Assembly: GCA_965224085.1 (NCBI GenBank) | Contig: CBDCYI010000005.1 | Span: forward strand, 704,001 to 768,000 | Direction: 5' to 3' | Length of the DNA: 64,000 nt | Source: Candidatus Marinacidobacterales bacterium | GTDB taxonomy: Bacteria; Acidobacteriota; Vicinamibacteria; Marinacidobacterales; SMYC01 | In this document: piece by piece, positions 41,067 through 51,439 of the stretch | How positions within the stretch are numbered: the first letter of the stretch is position 1 | How the letters are laid out: the number at the start of each line of letters is the position of its first letter | Program-made: the position numbers and the translations under genes | Notes under the pieces: model-generated | Seen by the model: only the letters and a program-made list of their open reading frames with translations | Database searches by the model: none | What the model was told of the DNA's origin: nothing

Positions 41067-42052
41067 CGATGGGTTTCCTGATGCTCTCGTTCCCTCTTCT
41101 TGGCCTCTGCGGCCATCCGGTCGTCGAGCACGCGCTGGCGATAGAGCACTTCTTCGAGGAGCCGCCTCGACGACACGTTGATATCCGCTACGAGACCGAT
41201 GAGGAAGAACATGAAACCGAGGATCAGAAGAACGCCGGCGAGCACGACGGACTGGACGTGCCCTTGTCCCTCACCGAGGATTTCTCGAAAGTAAAGATAG
41301 CGAAGCCCGAGAGCGGCGCCGGGGACGATTAATGCCGCGCCGGCATAGCTGAAGAACTTGAGCGGCTCGAACATCGCGTAGATGCGGACAATGGTCGAGG
41401 CCGATCGCTTCACGTAGTCCCAGTTCGAGCGAATGAGACGGCTAGGCCGGGTTCGCCGTGCTTCGATGGGGACGTGGGCGATAGCGAGCCTCTTTTTCCC
41501 CGCCTGGATGATCGTCTCGAGCGTATAAGTGTAGTCGGAGACGAGGTTCAAACGCTGCGCCGTCTGTCGCGTAAAAGCGCGGAAGCCGCTCGTCGTGTCG
41601 GGCACATCGGTCCCCGAGACTTGCCGCACGACCCAGCTTCCTAGCGTCTGAAGCTTCTTCTTCGTGAACGAAAAATGTTCGACGCTCGCCACTTGCCGAT
41701 CGCCCACTACCATGTCGGCTTCACCACGAAGTATCGGTCCAACAAGCTCCGCAATGGCGGAACCAGGATATTGGTTGTCCCCGTCGGTATTAACGACGAT
41801 GTCCGCCCCGAGCCCGAGCGCCGCATCGATCCCGGTCTTGAACGTCGCCGCAAGACCCCGACTCCGAGTAGATCGCACCACGTGATCAACACCGTGCTGA
41901 CGCGCAACCTCAGCCGACCCGTCCGTCGACCCATCATCGAGCAGCAATATCTCAATCTCGTCGACACCGTCGATATGCCGCGGAATCTCCGCAAGCGTCT
42001 CCGGAAGCGTACCCGCTTCATTGAGGCAAGGAATCTGAACAATAAGCTTCAT
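41063..42052 (-). CDS. GT2 glycosyltransferase
   Basis: IPCLNE, DDGSTD, TDGDNQY and DTTSGFRA motifs; two C-terminal TMs. Confidence 0.92.
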   Translation of the reverse strand: MKLIVQIPCLNEAGTLPETLAEIPRHIDGVDEIEILLLDDGSTDGSAEVARQHGVDHVVRSTRSRGLAATFKTGIDAALGLGADIVVNTDGDNQYPGSAIAELVGPILRGEADMVVGDRQVASVEHFSFTKKKLQTLGSWVVRQVSGTDVPDTTSGFRAFTRQTAQRLNLVSDYTYTLETIIQAGKKRLAIAHVPIEARRTRPSRLIRSNWDYVKRSASTIVRIYAMFEPLKFFSYAGAALIVPGAALGLRYLYFREILGEGQGHVQSVVLAGVLLILGFMFFLIGLVADINVSSRRLLEEVLYRQRVLDDRMAAEAKKREREHQETHR

Positions 42053-42164
42053 ACTCTAGGCCGGAGGATCAATAATAAGAAAAGCGTGACGCAAAGACGC
42101 AAAGTCCAAAGGCGCAAAGGAAAAAAACGCAAGGACACTCTCTTGGCTTCTCTGCTTTGAGCTC

Positions 42165-43223
42165 TCAAACGTTGAACCGAAAGTAAACCACATCTGCCTC
42201 CGCGATGGGGTATTCTTTTCCTTCGAGGCGCAAGACGCCTTTGTCGCGACAGGCGTTCCAAGAGCCTTCGCGGACGAGAATATCGTAGTGCACCACTTCG
42301 GCTCGAATGTAACCGCGCTCCATATCGCTGTGGATCGTGCCTGCCGCTTTGACCGCTTTGGTATCGCGCGGAATGATCCACGCCCGTGATTCGGTGTCTC
42401 CCGCGGTGTAGAACGTGATGACGTCGAGCAGATCGAAAGCAGCGCGAACGACGCGCTCAGCCATCCCATCGGAGAGGCCGAGATCGTCGCGAAACGTCTT
42501 GGCGTCGACGGGCGGAAGCTCCGCGATCTCGCTCTCGATGCGCGCCGAGACGTAAGTTAGCGCGAAACCGGGGGCCTCTCGCCACGCTGTCAAACCGAGC
42601 TTCTCGGTGAGAGCGGAACCGCTGGCTTCGTCCTCGCCGACATTGACGACCGCGAGTAGGGGCTTCGCTGTCAAGAGCGCGTAGCCCCGGAGCCGGTCGC
42701 GATCCTCGACGGAGAGTGCTGCGCGAAGCGGCCGGCCGTCGGAGAGCGCCTTCACGGCCTGCTCGAGCGCTTTGAGCTCGTGCGCGTCCGTCGGGCGCCC
42801 GTTCTTGTCGTCTGCTTTCATCCGCTCGTAACGTTTCTCCACGACAGCGAGGTCGGCGAGGGTGAGCTCGAGCTCCATGAGTTCGAGGTCGCGCGCGGCG
42901 TCGACGCGGTTTTCGGGGTGGGGCACAGAGGGCTCTTCGAAAGCGCGCACGACGTGGACGAGCACGTCGACGTTGCGCAAGCTGCTCACGTCGAGCTTGT
43001 CCGAGCGACCTTTGACGAGGCTCGGAAGGAGAACGAACTCGATGGTCGCCGCCGTCGTCTTCTTCGACTCATGGAGCCGCGTGAGCTCTTCGAGCCTTGG
43101 GTCGGGGATGCGGAGGATGCCCATTTGCTCCGCGCGCGACGTGGCCGCACCCGTGACTTGGGTCAGGAGCGCAAAGAGCGTGCGCTTTCCTACTCCATCG
43201 AAGCCGACGATGCCTGCTTTCAT
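42165..43223 (-). CDS. ychF: YchF/Ola1-family ATPase (divergent motifs)
   Basis: PDPRL, HVVRAF, LLTAKP, AAGTIHSD.ERGYIRAE and LEGKEY...FRFNV motifs. Confidence 0.88.
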   Translation of the reverse strand: MKAGIVGFDGVGKRTLFALLTQVTGAATSRAEQMGILRIPDPRLEELTRLHESKKTTAATIEFVLLPSLVKGRSDKLDVSSLRNVDVLVHVVRAFEEPSVPHPENRVDAARDLELMELELTLADLAVVEKRYERMKADDKNGRPTDAHELKALEQAVKALSDGRPLRAALSVEDRDRLRGYALLTAKPLLAVVNVGEDEASGSALTEKLGLTAWREAPGFALTYVSARIESEIAELPPVDAKTFRDDLGLSDGMAERVVRAAFDLLDVITFYTAGDTESRAWIIPRDTKAVKAAGTIHSDMERGYIRAEVVHYDILVREGSWNACRDKGVLRLEGKEYPIAEADVVYFRFNV

Positions 43224-43337
43224 GGAACTTCGCGCATCTTACTACAACACGATTAGAGTCCGTGTGACGGCCAAATGAGGGGAAAACACTACGCTAGATA
43301 TGGGGCGTCGGTGGACCTGAAGCCCCTTAAATGCTTC

Positions 43338-43395
43338 TTGACATTACGCTAGTGGCTATTTTAGGATCTGAGTGGATCAAGGTGGAACAAAGTGG
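43338..43395 (+). promoter_or_regulatory. dcw promoter and MraZ boxes
   Basis: TTGACA 43338 and TAGGAT 43362; GTGG at 43372, 43382 and 43392 (10-bp spacing). Confidence 0.75.
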
Positions 43396-43454
43396 TCTGA
43401 AACCTGAAAATCTGGCCTGTCGTCGGTGGAAGTTTCGACTAGGGCCGGGGAGAG

Positions 43455-43904
43455 GTGTTTACATTGCTCCGGGGTAATCATCCTGCTCGGGTCGATGAAA
43501 AGGGTCGTCTCAAAATTCCGACGAGCTTCTTGCAGCTCATCGAGACGAATTTTGGATTGGATGTTTTCATCACCAGTTTGGGCGGGGACAACGTTCGGGT
43601 TTACCCCATTGAGTCCTGGGCCGAGTTCGAGAGAAAGCTCGGCGGGATGCCCGATTTCCACCCCACAAAACAGAAGCTTTTGAAACGCGTGCATTTCTTT
43701 GGACAGGCTACCACACTTGACAAGCAAGGCCGGCTCGTCATTCCCGCGCAACTGCGAGAATCCGCCCAGATGAAGGGAAGTGTCGACGTGTTGGGAATGC
43801 AGGACCATTTGGAGGTTTGGAATCACGACTATCTGGCGGATCAGATTCACGGTGAGCCGTTCGGTGAGGACGATCAACGTGCCATGGCGGAGTTCGACAT
43901 CTGA
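43455..43904 (+). CDS. mraZ: transcriptional regulator MraZ
   Basis: DEKGRLKIP and DKQGRLVIP motifs. Confidence 0.95.
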   Translation: MFTLLRGNHPARVDEKGRLKIPTSFLQLIETNFGLDVFITSLGGDNVRVYPIESWAEFERKLGGMPDFHPTKQKLLKRVHFFGQATTLDKQGRLVIPAQLRESAQMKGSVDVLGMQDHLEVWNHDYLADQIHGEPFGEDDQRAMAEFDI

Positions 43905-43982
43905 CGTGGAACAGAGAGAGAAGGTTTGGCCGTGGGGAAGCTGGCAGTAGGGGCGTGGTACGCATCCGAGAGCGAATCTGTG

Positions 43983-44870
43983 ATGGAACGAGACGTCTCG
44001 ACACATAGGCCCGTTCTGCTCGGAGAGGTCATCCGTTTTCTCAATCCACGATCCGGCGGCATCTATGTCGATGCGACGCTCGGTGGTGGTGGGCATAGCG
44101 AGGCCATCTTGCGCGCAAGTGCTCCCAACGGACGGCTCCTGGCCTTCGATCGCGATCGGGAAGCGATCTCCCGCAGCTCGAATAAGCTCGCGGACGAGGC
44201 CGAACGTTTGCGGTTCATCTCGGGCTCCTTCGCGGAGCTGGGGGCGCATCTGGATGAAGACGGGACCAAGGAAGTCGATGGCATCGTTGCTGACTTGGGG
44301 CTTTCGAGCGACCAGCTCGGCGATCCAGATCGAGGATTTTCCTTCGCGCTCGAAGGCGCGCTCGACATGCGCTTCGATAACCGTTCAGGACCTACGGCCG
44401 CGGATCTCGTCAACCAGCTCGCCGACGGTCAGCTCGCGGACCTCCTCTACGAATATGGCGAAGAGCGCCACTCGCGAGCCATCGCGCGGCGCATCGTGCA
44501 AAGGCGGCCCATCCACACGACGAAACAGCTCCGCGCCGCCGTCGTCTCGGTTCTCGGTCCCAGGCGCCGGGGGATCGATCCTGCGACGCGCACGTTTCAA
44601 GCGCTTCGTATCGCCGTCAATCAGGAGCTGGCTGCACTCGATGTCTTCTTGGAGCAAGCGCCCACCCGCTTGCGGCCTGACGGACGCGTAGTCGTGATCT
44701 CGTATCATTCGCTCGAGGACCGCGCTGTGAAACATTCGTTCCGTTCGTGGGCCGTCGATATCCGCTATGACGTGCTCACGAGAAAGCCTGTCGTCCCGGA
44801 CGCCGCCGCGATAGCGGACAATCCCCGCGCGAGGAGCGCCAAGCTCCGTGCGCTCATGAGGGTCTCATGA
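43983..44870 (+). CDS. rsmH: 16S rRNA m4C1402 methyltransferase
   Basis: DATLGGGGHS, RGFSF, FQALRIAVN and SYHSLEDR motifs. Confidence 0.97.
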   Translation: MERDVSTHRPVLLGEVIRFLNPRSGGIYVDATLGGGGHSEAILRASAPNGRLLAFDRDREAISRSSNKLADEAERLRFISGSFAELGAHLDEDGTKEVDGIVADLGLSSDQLGDPDRGFSFALEGALDMRFDNRSGPTAADLVNQLADGQLADLLYEYGEERHSRAIARRIVQRRPIHTTKQLRAAVVSVLGPRRRGIDPATRTFQALRIAVNQELAALDVFLEQAPTRLRPDGRVVVISYHSLEDRAVKHSFRSWAVDIRYDVLTRKPVVPDAAAIADNPRARSAKLRALMRVS

Positions 44871-45253
44871 GTCGGGGCGAATTTCGCATGAGCAAGGAAG
44901 TGCGAAACGAGCAGCTCGTGCGTCAGCTCGATCACAAGCGCCATCGCGAGTTCTTCATGGTCGCGCTCACTGGGCTGGCTCTGACGGCCGCCATCATCGC
45001 TTACGCATGGCCTCACTTCGAGATGATCCGGCTCGGCTATCGCATGGAGGAGCTCAGACAGACACGCGAGGACTTGCTCGAGGAAAGACGCCATCTCGAG
45101 CTGCAGCGTGCGACGGAGATGGCGCCGGCGCGGATCGAGGCGATTGCTCGGGAGCAACTCGGTATGGTCTATCCCAATCGGGAGCACACGGCGATATTGG
45201 AGCCCATAGACGGCAGCAAATTCCTCGAGGCGCTGCCGAGGCCGTCCGAGTAA
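44867..45253 (+). CDS. ftsL: cell division protein FtsL
   Basis: Single TM plus coiled coil, RIEAIAREQLGM; dcw position. Confidence 0.85.
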   Translation: MSRGEFRMSKEVRNEQLVRQLDHKRHREFFMVALTGLALTAAIIAYAWPHFEMIRLGYRMEELRQTREDLLEERRHLELQRATEMAPARIEAIAREQLGMVYPNREHTAILEPIDGSKFLEALPRPSE

Positions 45254-45260
45254 AGAGACC

Positions 45261-47417
45261 ATGAGCGACAACCGCCAGACGCCGTTCCAAATGAGGCTCT
45301 TGTTCTTGGGCCTTGTGACGTGCATGTGCGTCTTTTTGGTAGGCGGGCGTTTGTTCTACCTCATGGTGACGATGCGCGAGACGCTTCAAGAGCGCGCCGC
45401 GCTTCAACACCAGCATACGCTGAAAGTGGAGGCGCGCCGCGGCACGATTCGCGATCGCCACGGGCGTCAGCTCGCAACGAGCGTCGAAGTGGAATCGGTC
45501 TACGCGGTCCCGAAAGCTTTCAGCGGTGCGCTCGTCACCGACGCTTCGCTAAAGCTCTCGACCTGTTTTTCCCTTCCTGCGTCGAGAATCTCGGCGCGCC
45601 TTGTGGGTGACAGGAGCTTCGTGTGGCTCGAGCGTAAGGCGAAGCCACGTGTGGTTCGCTGCGTGCGCGAGCTCAACGTCGCTGGTATCGGCTTTCTCAA
45701 CGAGAGCCGGCGCTACTATCCGAAGCGCAGTCTCGCCTCGCACATTCTCGGATATGTCGGCCTCGACAATGCAGGGATGAGCGGGGTCGAGTATGGGCTC
45801 GAAGACGAAATCCGGGGTGAGCCTGGACGCCGCATCATCTGGATGGATGCGCTCAACCGGCGCGCGGCTAGCCGCGTTGATACCAAGCCGCGGCCGGGCC
45901 GCGCGGCCTTTCTCACCATCGACGAGAACCTACAACACATCGCGGAGTCGGAGCTCGAGCAAGCCATCCGCGAGAGCAACTCGAAGAGCGGTATCGCGAT
46001 CATGATGCGCCCGGAGACGGGTGAGCTTCTCGCTATCGCGTCGTTTCCGAGCTTCAACCCCAATCGTTACGGCGACTACCCCGAAGGACATTGGCGAAAC
46101 CGTGCGGTCACGGATGTCTATGAGCCCGGCTCGACGTTCAAATTCGTCGCCGCGGCGGCCGCGCTTCAAGAAGGCGTCACGACCGAGGACGAACGCATCG
46201 ATTGCGGCCGCGGGATGATTCGCGTGGGCGGCAGCGTCATCACGGACGCGCACTTTTTCGATGTCTTGACGTTTAGGGAAGTCGTCGAACAATCCTCGAA
46301 TGTGGGGATGATCCGGATCGGCCAACGTCTCGGCAAAGAGCGGTTCGAGAAGTACATCCGCGCCTTTGGTTTCGGAGAAACGACCGGCATCGAGCTTCCC
46401 GCAGAAAGCCGGGGTATCCTTCGCCCGTCGAAAGTTTGGGGGCCGCTGACGCTAGCGTCGATCTCTTTCGGCCAAGAGATCGGAGTGACGCCGCTCCAGA
46501 TGGTCACGGCGACCAACGTAATCGCAGCCGGCGGCTACTTGATGCGTCCGCGTCTCTTGCTTGGGCAGAGAGGCGCGGATGGCAGTCTCGAAGCGCGAGT
46601 TTCTCCCGAGCCAGTTCGTCGGGTCATCGACACCGAGACGGCGCGCCGATTGACCGACGTGCTCGTTGGCGTAGTGGAACGCGGCACGGGACAACGTGCC
46701 AACCTCCCCGGCTACCGCGTGGCGGGCAAAACGGGGACGGCTCAAAAGGCCGTCCGAGGTGGCTATTCCAAGACCGACTACATCGCGTCTTTCGTTGGTT
46801 TCGCTCCGGCGGATCGGCCCGCTTTGACGACGCTCGTCATCCTCGATTCGCCCGAAGGGAATCACTCGGGCTCGAGGGCCGCGGGAGTTTTCGCGCGGAT
46901 CATGCGGCGCGCGCTCCGATATCTCGCGGTGCCACTCAGTGACGAGGCGCCCATCCGCATCGCCAAAGTTTGGCCACAAATGCGGCCTATGCTGGGAGGG
47001 ACCGACTCCGGCGCACCGGGCGCGCCCCCGCCGAGGCGCGCGGGAAGGAAGGCGAGAAGTTTTGGCCAGCGGGCCTGGACGCCCAAAGAGATACCGAGCG
47101 ACGTCGTGGTGGGCGCTCCAGATGTCATTGGGCTTCCGGCGCGAGACGCTCTCGTCAGATTCGTGGCGCACGGCATTGTGCCGGAGATCCTCGGCGAGGG
47201 TCGGGTGCTCGAGCAGATCCCGCGGGCCGGCTTCCCCGTCGCGCCTGGGACAAAGGCGCGACTCGTTCTTGATCCGGTTCCGCTTGAGCCTGGTGTGTTT
47301 GAGCTTCAGCGGCAGGACGCGGTCACGGTGGAGACTTTTTTCTACGAAGGACATCGAATAGCAAACGGAAGCGCGCGGAGAGACGGTCCGGTACGACGGA
47401 ATGAAACCGCTGATTGA
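45261..47417 (+). CDS. ftsI: penicillin-binding protein FtsI with PASTA domain
   Basis: EPGSTFK, SSN and KTGTAQ motifs. Confidence 0.93.
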   Translation: MSDNRQTPFQMRLLFLGLVTCMCVFLVGGRLFYLMVTMRETLQERAALQHQHTLKVEARRGTIRDRHGRQLATSVEVESVYAVPKAFSGALVTDASLKLSTCFSLPASRISARLVGDRSFVWLERKAKPRVVRCVRELNVAGIGFLNESRRYYPKRSLASHILGYVGLDNAGMSGVEYGLEDEIRGEPGRRIIWMDALNRRAASRVDTKPRPGRAAFLTIDENLQHIAESELEQAIRESNSKSGIAIMMRPETGELLAIASFPSFNPNRYGDYPEGHWRNRAVTDVYEPGSTFKFVAAAAALQEGVTTEDERIDCGRGMIRVGGSVITDAHFFDVLTFREVVEQSSNVGMIRIGQRLGKERFEKYIRAFGFGETTGIELPAESRGILRPSKVWGPLTLASISFGQEIGVTPLQMVTATNVIAAGGYLMRPRLLLGQRGADGSLEARVSPEPVRRVIDTETARRLTDVLVGVVERGTGQRANLPGYRVAGKTGTAQKAVRGGYSKTDYIASFVGFAPADRPALTTLVILDSPEGNHSGSRAAGVFARIMRRALRYLAVPLSDEAPIRIAKVWPQMRPMLGGTDSGAPGAPPPRRAGRKARSFGQRAWTPKEIPSDVVVGAPDVIGLPARDALVRFVAHGIVPEILGEGRVLEQIPRAGFPVAPGTKARLVLDPVPLEPGVFELQRQDAVTVETFFYEGHRIANGSARRDGPVRRNETAD

Positions 47418-48936
47418 TATCGAAACGACTTCAGGGAGTTTTCCCGTGGGCAAGAGGCGGCAGGAGAAAAAGGTCGAGCTCGCGGAGCTTCTGCGCCTCA
47501 TTCCTCTTCAGACCGTGAAAGGTCCCAGGGAGCTCGTGGTCAAAGGCGTTACAGCGGACTCGCGCGGTGTTCTAGAAGGCTTCGTCTTCGTCGCGATTCG
47601 GGGTGAGACGACGGACGGGCACCTCTTTCTCGACGACGCGATCGGGCGCGGCGCCGTGGCGGTAGTGAGCGAGCAGAAGCCCGAGCGAGACGACGTCACC
47701 TGGATCCAGACACCGGACGCTCGGCAGGCGGCCGGTGTTCTCGCCGCCAAGACGGCCGGCAACCCATCGTCCAGCATGAACCTCGTGGGCATTACGGGAA
47801 CCAACGGAAAAACGACAATCGCCTATCTCGTGGATGGGATCCTCTCGCGCCTATCGCCCCCCTCGGCAATGAGGGGGACGGTCGTCGCGAAAATCGGTGT
47901 ACGTAGTCGGCCGACGCGTCATACGACGCCCGAAGCTCCCGTGATTCAGGCGTTCCTCGAGGAGGCGGCTCGGGAGCGTTGTGAACATGGGGCTCTCGAA
48001 GTTTCGTCTCATGGGCTCGCGCTCTCGCGTCTCGAAGGCACGGAGTTTCAAGTCGCGGTCTTCACGAACCTGTCGCGCGATCACCTTGATTTCCACCGCG
48101 ACATGGAAGACTACTTCCAGGCCAAGCGCCGGCTCTTCAATCGCTATCTGCGCCCTGGTGGGACCGCGGTGATTTGTATCGACGACGCCTATGGCGAGCG
48201 TTTGGCGGCGGAGCTTCCGATGGAAGTTGTGACTTACGGGCGTTCGGAAACGGCCGATCTCTCGATCCGAGACATCGAAGCGTCGCTTGCAGGCATTCAT
48301 GTGCGCTTTCAAGAAGGCGACACAGCGCACGCCATCGAAAGTCCTCTTCTCGGGCGCTATAACGGGTTGAACCTCGTGGCTGCGTTCGCGGCGTTGCGCT
48401 CTCTCGGCTTCGAGACCGCACGCGTGCTCGAGACGTTGAACGAGGTGAGCGGAGCCCCCGGGCGATTCGAGAGGGTCGCTGTTCAAAAACCCTTCGATGT
48501 CGTTGTCGACTACGCCCATACCGATGACGCTCTGCGCAAGCTTCTCGAAGCGGCACGCCCTTTGACCGACGCGAAGCTCACAATCGTTTTTGGTTGCGGT
48601 GGCGAGAGGGATCGCACAAAACGTCCTTTGATGGGCGACGTGGCCGCCCGGCTCGCCGATCGAGTCGTTTTGACGTCGGACAACCCGCGCGGCGAAGACC
48701 CGCTCGCCATCATCAACGAAATTCAACTCGGCACCAAGGGTGCCGATATCGAAGTGGAGCCCGATCGTCGCCGCGCCATCGAGTTGGCGATGACAGGGGC
48801 TCGTTCCGGCGACTTGGTCGTGATCGCGGGTAAGGGGCACGAGCCTTATCAGATCGTCAAAGACGAGGCGTTGTCTTTCGATGATCGCGAGGTGGCTCGA
48901 CAAATTGCGAGTGGTGTCGAGGATTTCGAATCGTGA
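47401..48936 (+). CDS. murE: UDP-MurNAc-tripeptide synthetase (mDAP-type)
   Basis: GITGTNGKTT, DYAHT and DNPR motifs. Start uncertain. Confidence 0.96.
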   Translation: MKPLIDIETTSGSFPVGKRRQEKKVELAELLRLIPLQTVKGPRELVVKGVTADSRGVLEGFVFVAIRGETTDGHLFLDDAIGRGAVAVVSEQKPERDDVTWIQTPDARQAAGVLAAKTAGNPSSSMNLVGITGTNGKTTIAYLVDGILSRLSPPSAMRGTVVAKIGVRSRPTRHTTPEAPVIQAFLEEAARERCEHGALEVSSHGLALSRLEGTEFQVAVFTNLSRDHLDFHRDMEDYFQAKRRLFNRYLRPGGTAVICIDDAYGERLAAELPMEVVTYGRSETADLSIRDIEASLAGIHVRFQEGDTAHAIESPLLGRYNGLNLVAAFAALRSLGFETARVLETLNEVSGAPGRFERVAVQKPFDVVVDYAHTDDALRKLLEAARPLTDAKLTIVFGCGGERDRTKRPLMGDVAARLADRVVLTSDNPRGEDPLAIINEIQLGTKGADIEVEPDRRRAIELAMTGARSGDLVVIAGKGHEPYQIVKDEALSFDDREVARQIASGVEDFES

Positions 48937-50333
48937 AACTTTCGGCGAAAGAGGTGGCGCGCTTGACCCGAGGTGAGCTCCTCTCGGGGGCGGGCGACGC
49001 AGATATTTCCGGTGTCTCCATCGACAGCCGGACGGTTTCGCCGGGCGAGCTGTTCATCGCGATCCGCGGTCCCCATCATGACGGTCACCGATTCGTCGCG
49101 AGCGCGCTCGAACGCGGCGCGAGCGGCGTCGTCGTCTCCGAGCCAGTGGCGTGGGGTGACGCGCCGGGTGACATGTTGTGCGCGTTTTGTGTCCGCGTCG
49201 CTGATACGTCGAAAGCGCTCCAAGAGCTTGCTCATGGCGTGCGTAAAAGCTCCGGCGTGCGGATCGTGGCCATTACCGGGAGCATGGGGAAGACGACGAC
49301 GAAAGATGCGGCCGCCACGGCCATCGGGGCCGCGCACAGCGTTCTCAAGTCCGAGGGGAACTTGAACAATCTCTTCGGGCTTCCGCTCTCTTTGCTGAAG
49401 CTACAAGACGAGGACGTCGCGGTGCTCGAGATGGGGATGTCGGAGCCCGGCGAGATCGCGAGGCTCACCGAGATCGCCGAGCCCGACGTGGGGGTGCTCA
49501 CGAATGTGGACGCCGTCCATCTCGAGTTCTTCTCGTCAACCGCAGCGATTGCCGAAGCCAAAGGCGAGCTTCTGGTCGGCCTTGCCGAGGATGCGGTGGC
49601 CGTCGTCAATGCCGACGATCCCCTCGTGCTCGAGCAGGCCCGGAAGTTCGCCGGGGTGAAGCTTTCCTTCGCCATCGACGCCTCCGCCGATCTCGAAGCG
49701 AGCGAGATTCGAACGACCGCCGCTGGGCTTCGCTTCCTCGCTCGTGAAGGTGAGCGTGTCGTCGAAGTCGCGTCGCCGCTCCATGGACGACACAACATCT
49801 ACAACTTGCTCGCCGGGCTCGCGGCGGCGCGTGCTCTCGACGTTCCTCTCGATCGTGCCGCGTCCGCGCTTCACACGCTCGCACCTGCGCGGCATCGCGG
49901 CGAGCGCCTGTCGCTCCCGGGCGGCGTGCTCGTCATCGACGAAACCTACAATTCGAGCCCACGGGCGCTCGCCTGTGCCATCGCGGCACTGGCCGAGGAG
50001 GCTGGGGGGCGCCTTGTCGCGGTTGTCGGCGACATGCTGGAGCTCGGACCGCAGGCGGAAGCTTTTCATCGCGAGATCGGTCGTGACGTCGCCGCGCGGA
50101 GGCTCGGCCTCGTTGTGGGTGTGGGCCCCCTCGGCCGCACCATCGTGGACGCGGCGCGTGAGGCTGGGATGGCCGACGCGAATCTCTTGGTTTATGCGGA
50201 CGCCGCGGCGGCCGGCCGCGAGCTCGCGGCTCATCTGCGCGAGAATGACGTCGTCTTGTTCAAGGCCTCGCGCGGAATGGGTCTCGAAAACGCCATCGAG
50301 AGTGTTCAGAAAAAGATGGAGGAGACGCGCTGA
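48933..50333 (+). CDS. murF: UDP-MurNAc-pentapeptide synthetase
   Basis: [21 protein letters not shown] and GDMLELG motifs. Confidence 0.96.
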   Translation: MKLSAKEVARLTRGELLSGAGDADISGVSIDSRTVSPGELFIAIRGPHHDGHRFVASALERGASGVVVSEPVAWGDAPGDMLCAFCVRVADTSKALQELAHGVRKSSGVRIVAITGSMGKTTTKDAAATAIGAAHSVLKSEGNLNNLFGLPLSLLKLQDEDVAVLEMGMSEPGEIARLTEIAEPDVGVLTNVDAVHLEFFSSTAAIAEAKGELLVGLAEDAVAVVNADDPLVLEQARKFAGVKLSFAIDASADLEASEIRTTAAGLRFLAREGERVVEVASPLHGRHNIYNLLAGLAAARALDVPLDRAASALHTLAPARHRGERLSLPGGVLVIDETYNSSPRALACAIAALAEEAGGRLVAVVGDMLELGPQAEAFHREIGRDVAARRLGLVVGVGPLGRTIVDAAREAGMADANLLVYADAAAAGRELAAHLRENDVVLFKASRGMGLENAIESVQKKMEETR

Positions 50334-51418
50334 TGCTCTACCATCTCCTTTATCCCCTTCACACGGAGTACTCGTTCTTCAACGTTTTTCGATACGTTAC
50401 GTTCCGCACGGCGTCGGCGACGTTGACGGCGCTCGCGATCTCTTTTTTGCTCGGGCCGTGGCTCATTGCGCGACTCCGGCAGTTCCAGATCGGCCAGCAC
50501 ATTCGCCAAGAAGGCCCCGAGGCGCATCGTTCCAAGGCGGGGACCCCTACTATGGGCGGCGCGCTCATTCTCACCGCTATCGTTGTGCCGACGCTTCTGT
50601 GGGCGAACTTGACCAACGTGTTCGTTTGGATCGCGCTCGGAACGACGATCGCCTTCGGGCTCATCGGCTTCTCGGACGACTATCTCAAGATCGTGCGCAA
50701 GCAGTCCAAAGGATTGTCGGCGCGCGCCAAGCTTCTGCTGCAGACTGGTTGTGCCTTCGTGATCGGGTTCGCGCTCTTCGACATGTCGCGTCAAGGGGAC
50801 TACAGCACGGCGCTTCTCTTTCCCTTCTTCAAAGAGGTGCGTCCCGATCTGTCGTGGCTGTTCGTTCCCTTCGCGATACTCGTCATCGTCGGCGCCTCGA
50901 ACGCAGTGAATCTGACCGACGGGCTCGACGGGCTCGCCATCGGGACCGTGCTCATCGCCGCGGCCGCCTTTACCGTTCTGACTTATGTCACCGGGCACGC
51001 GCAGTTTTCTGCTTATCTCGATCTGATCCAGATCCCGCGCATCTGGGAGCTCACCATCTTCGGCGGCGCGATGGTCGGCGCGAGCCTCGGCTTCTTGTGG
51101 TTCAACTGCTATCCCGCTCAGATGTTCATGGGCGATGTTGGCTCGCTAGCACTCGGAAGCGCGATCGGAACGGTCGCGCTTCTCATCAAGCAAGAGCTTC
51201 TGCTCGTGCTCGTGGGCGGGGTTTTCGTGCTCGAAGCGCTCTCGGTGATGATCCAAGTCGCCTCGTTCAAGCTCACCGGCAAGCGTGTGTTTCGCATGGC
51301 GCCTCTTCATCACCACTTCGAGCTCGCAGGCTGGAGCGAGCCCAAGATCATCATCCGGTTCTGGATTCTCGCGATGATGTTCGCTCTCGCGAGCTTGACG
51401 ACGTTGAAACTGAGGTGA
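50333..51418 (+). CDS. mraY: phospho-MurNAc-pentapeptide transferase
   Basis: [22 protein letters not shown] and LHHHFE motifs. Confidence 0.98.
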   Translation: MLYHLLYPLHTEYSFFNVFRYVTFRTASATLTALAISFLLGPWLIARLRQFQIGQHIRQEGPEAHRSKAGTPTMGGALILTAIVVPTLLWANLTNVFVWIALGTTIAFGLIGFSDDYLKIVRKQSKGLSARAKLLLQTGCAFVIGFALFDMSRQGDYSTALLFPFFKEVRPDLSWLFVPFAILVIVGASNAVNLTDGLDGLAIGTVLIAAAAFTVLTYVTGHAQFSAYLDLIQIPRIWELTIFGGAMVGASLGFLWFNCYPAQMFMGDVGSLALGSAIGTVALLIKQELLLVLVGGVFVLEALSVMIQVASFKLTGKRVFRMAPLHHHFELAGWSEPKIIIRFWILAMMFALASLTTLKLR

Positions 51419-51439
51419 GGAGGAACGGGTTGACCTCTC

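Noticed and set aside
47461-47480. SD followed by GTC suggesting a mutated murE start
   Set aside because: In-frame ATG 47401 and GTG 47446 are available upstream.
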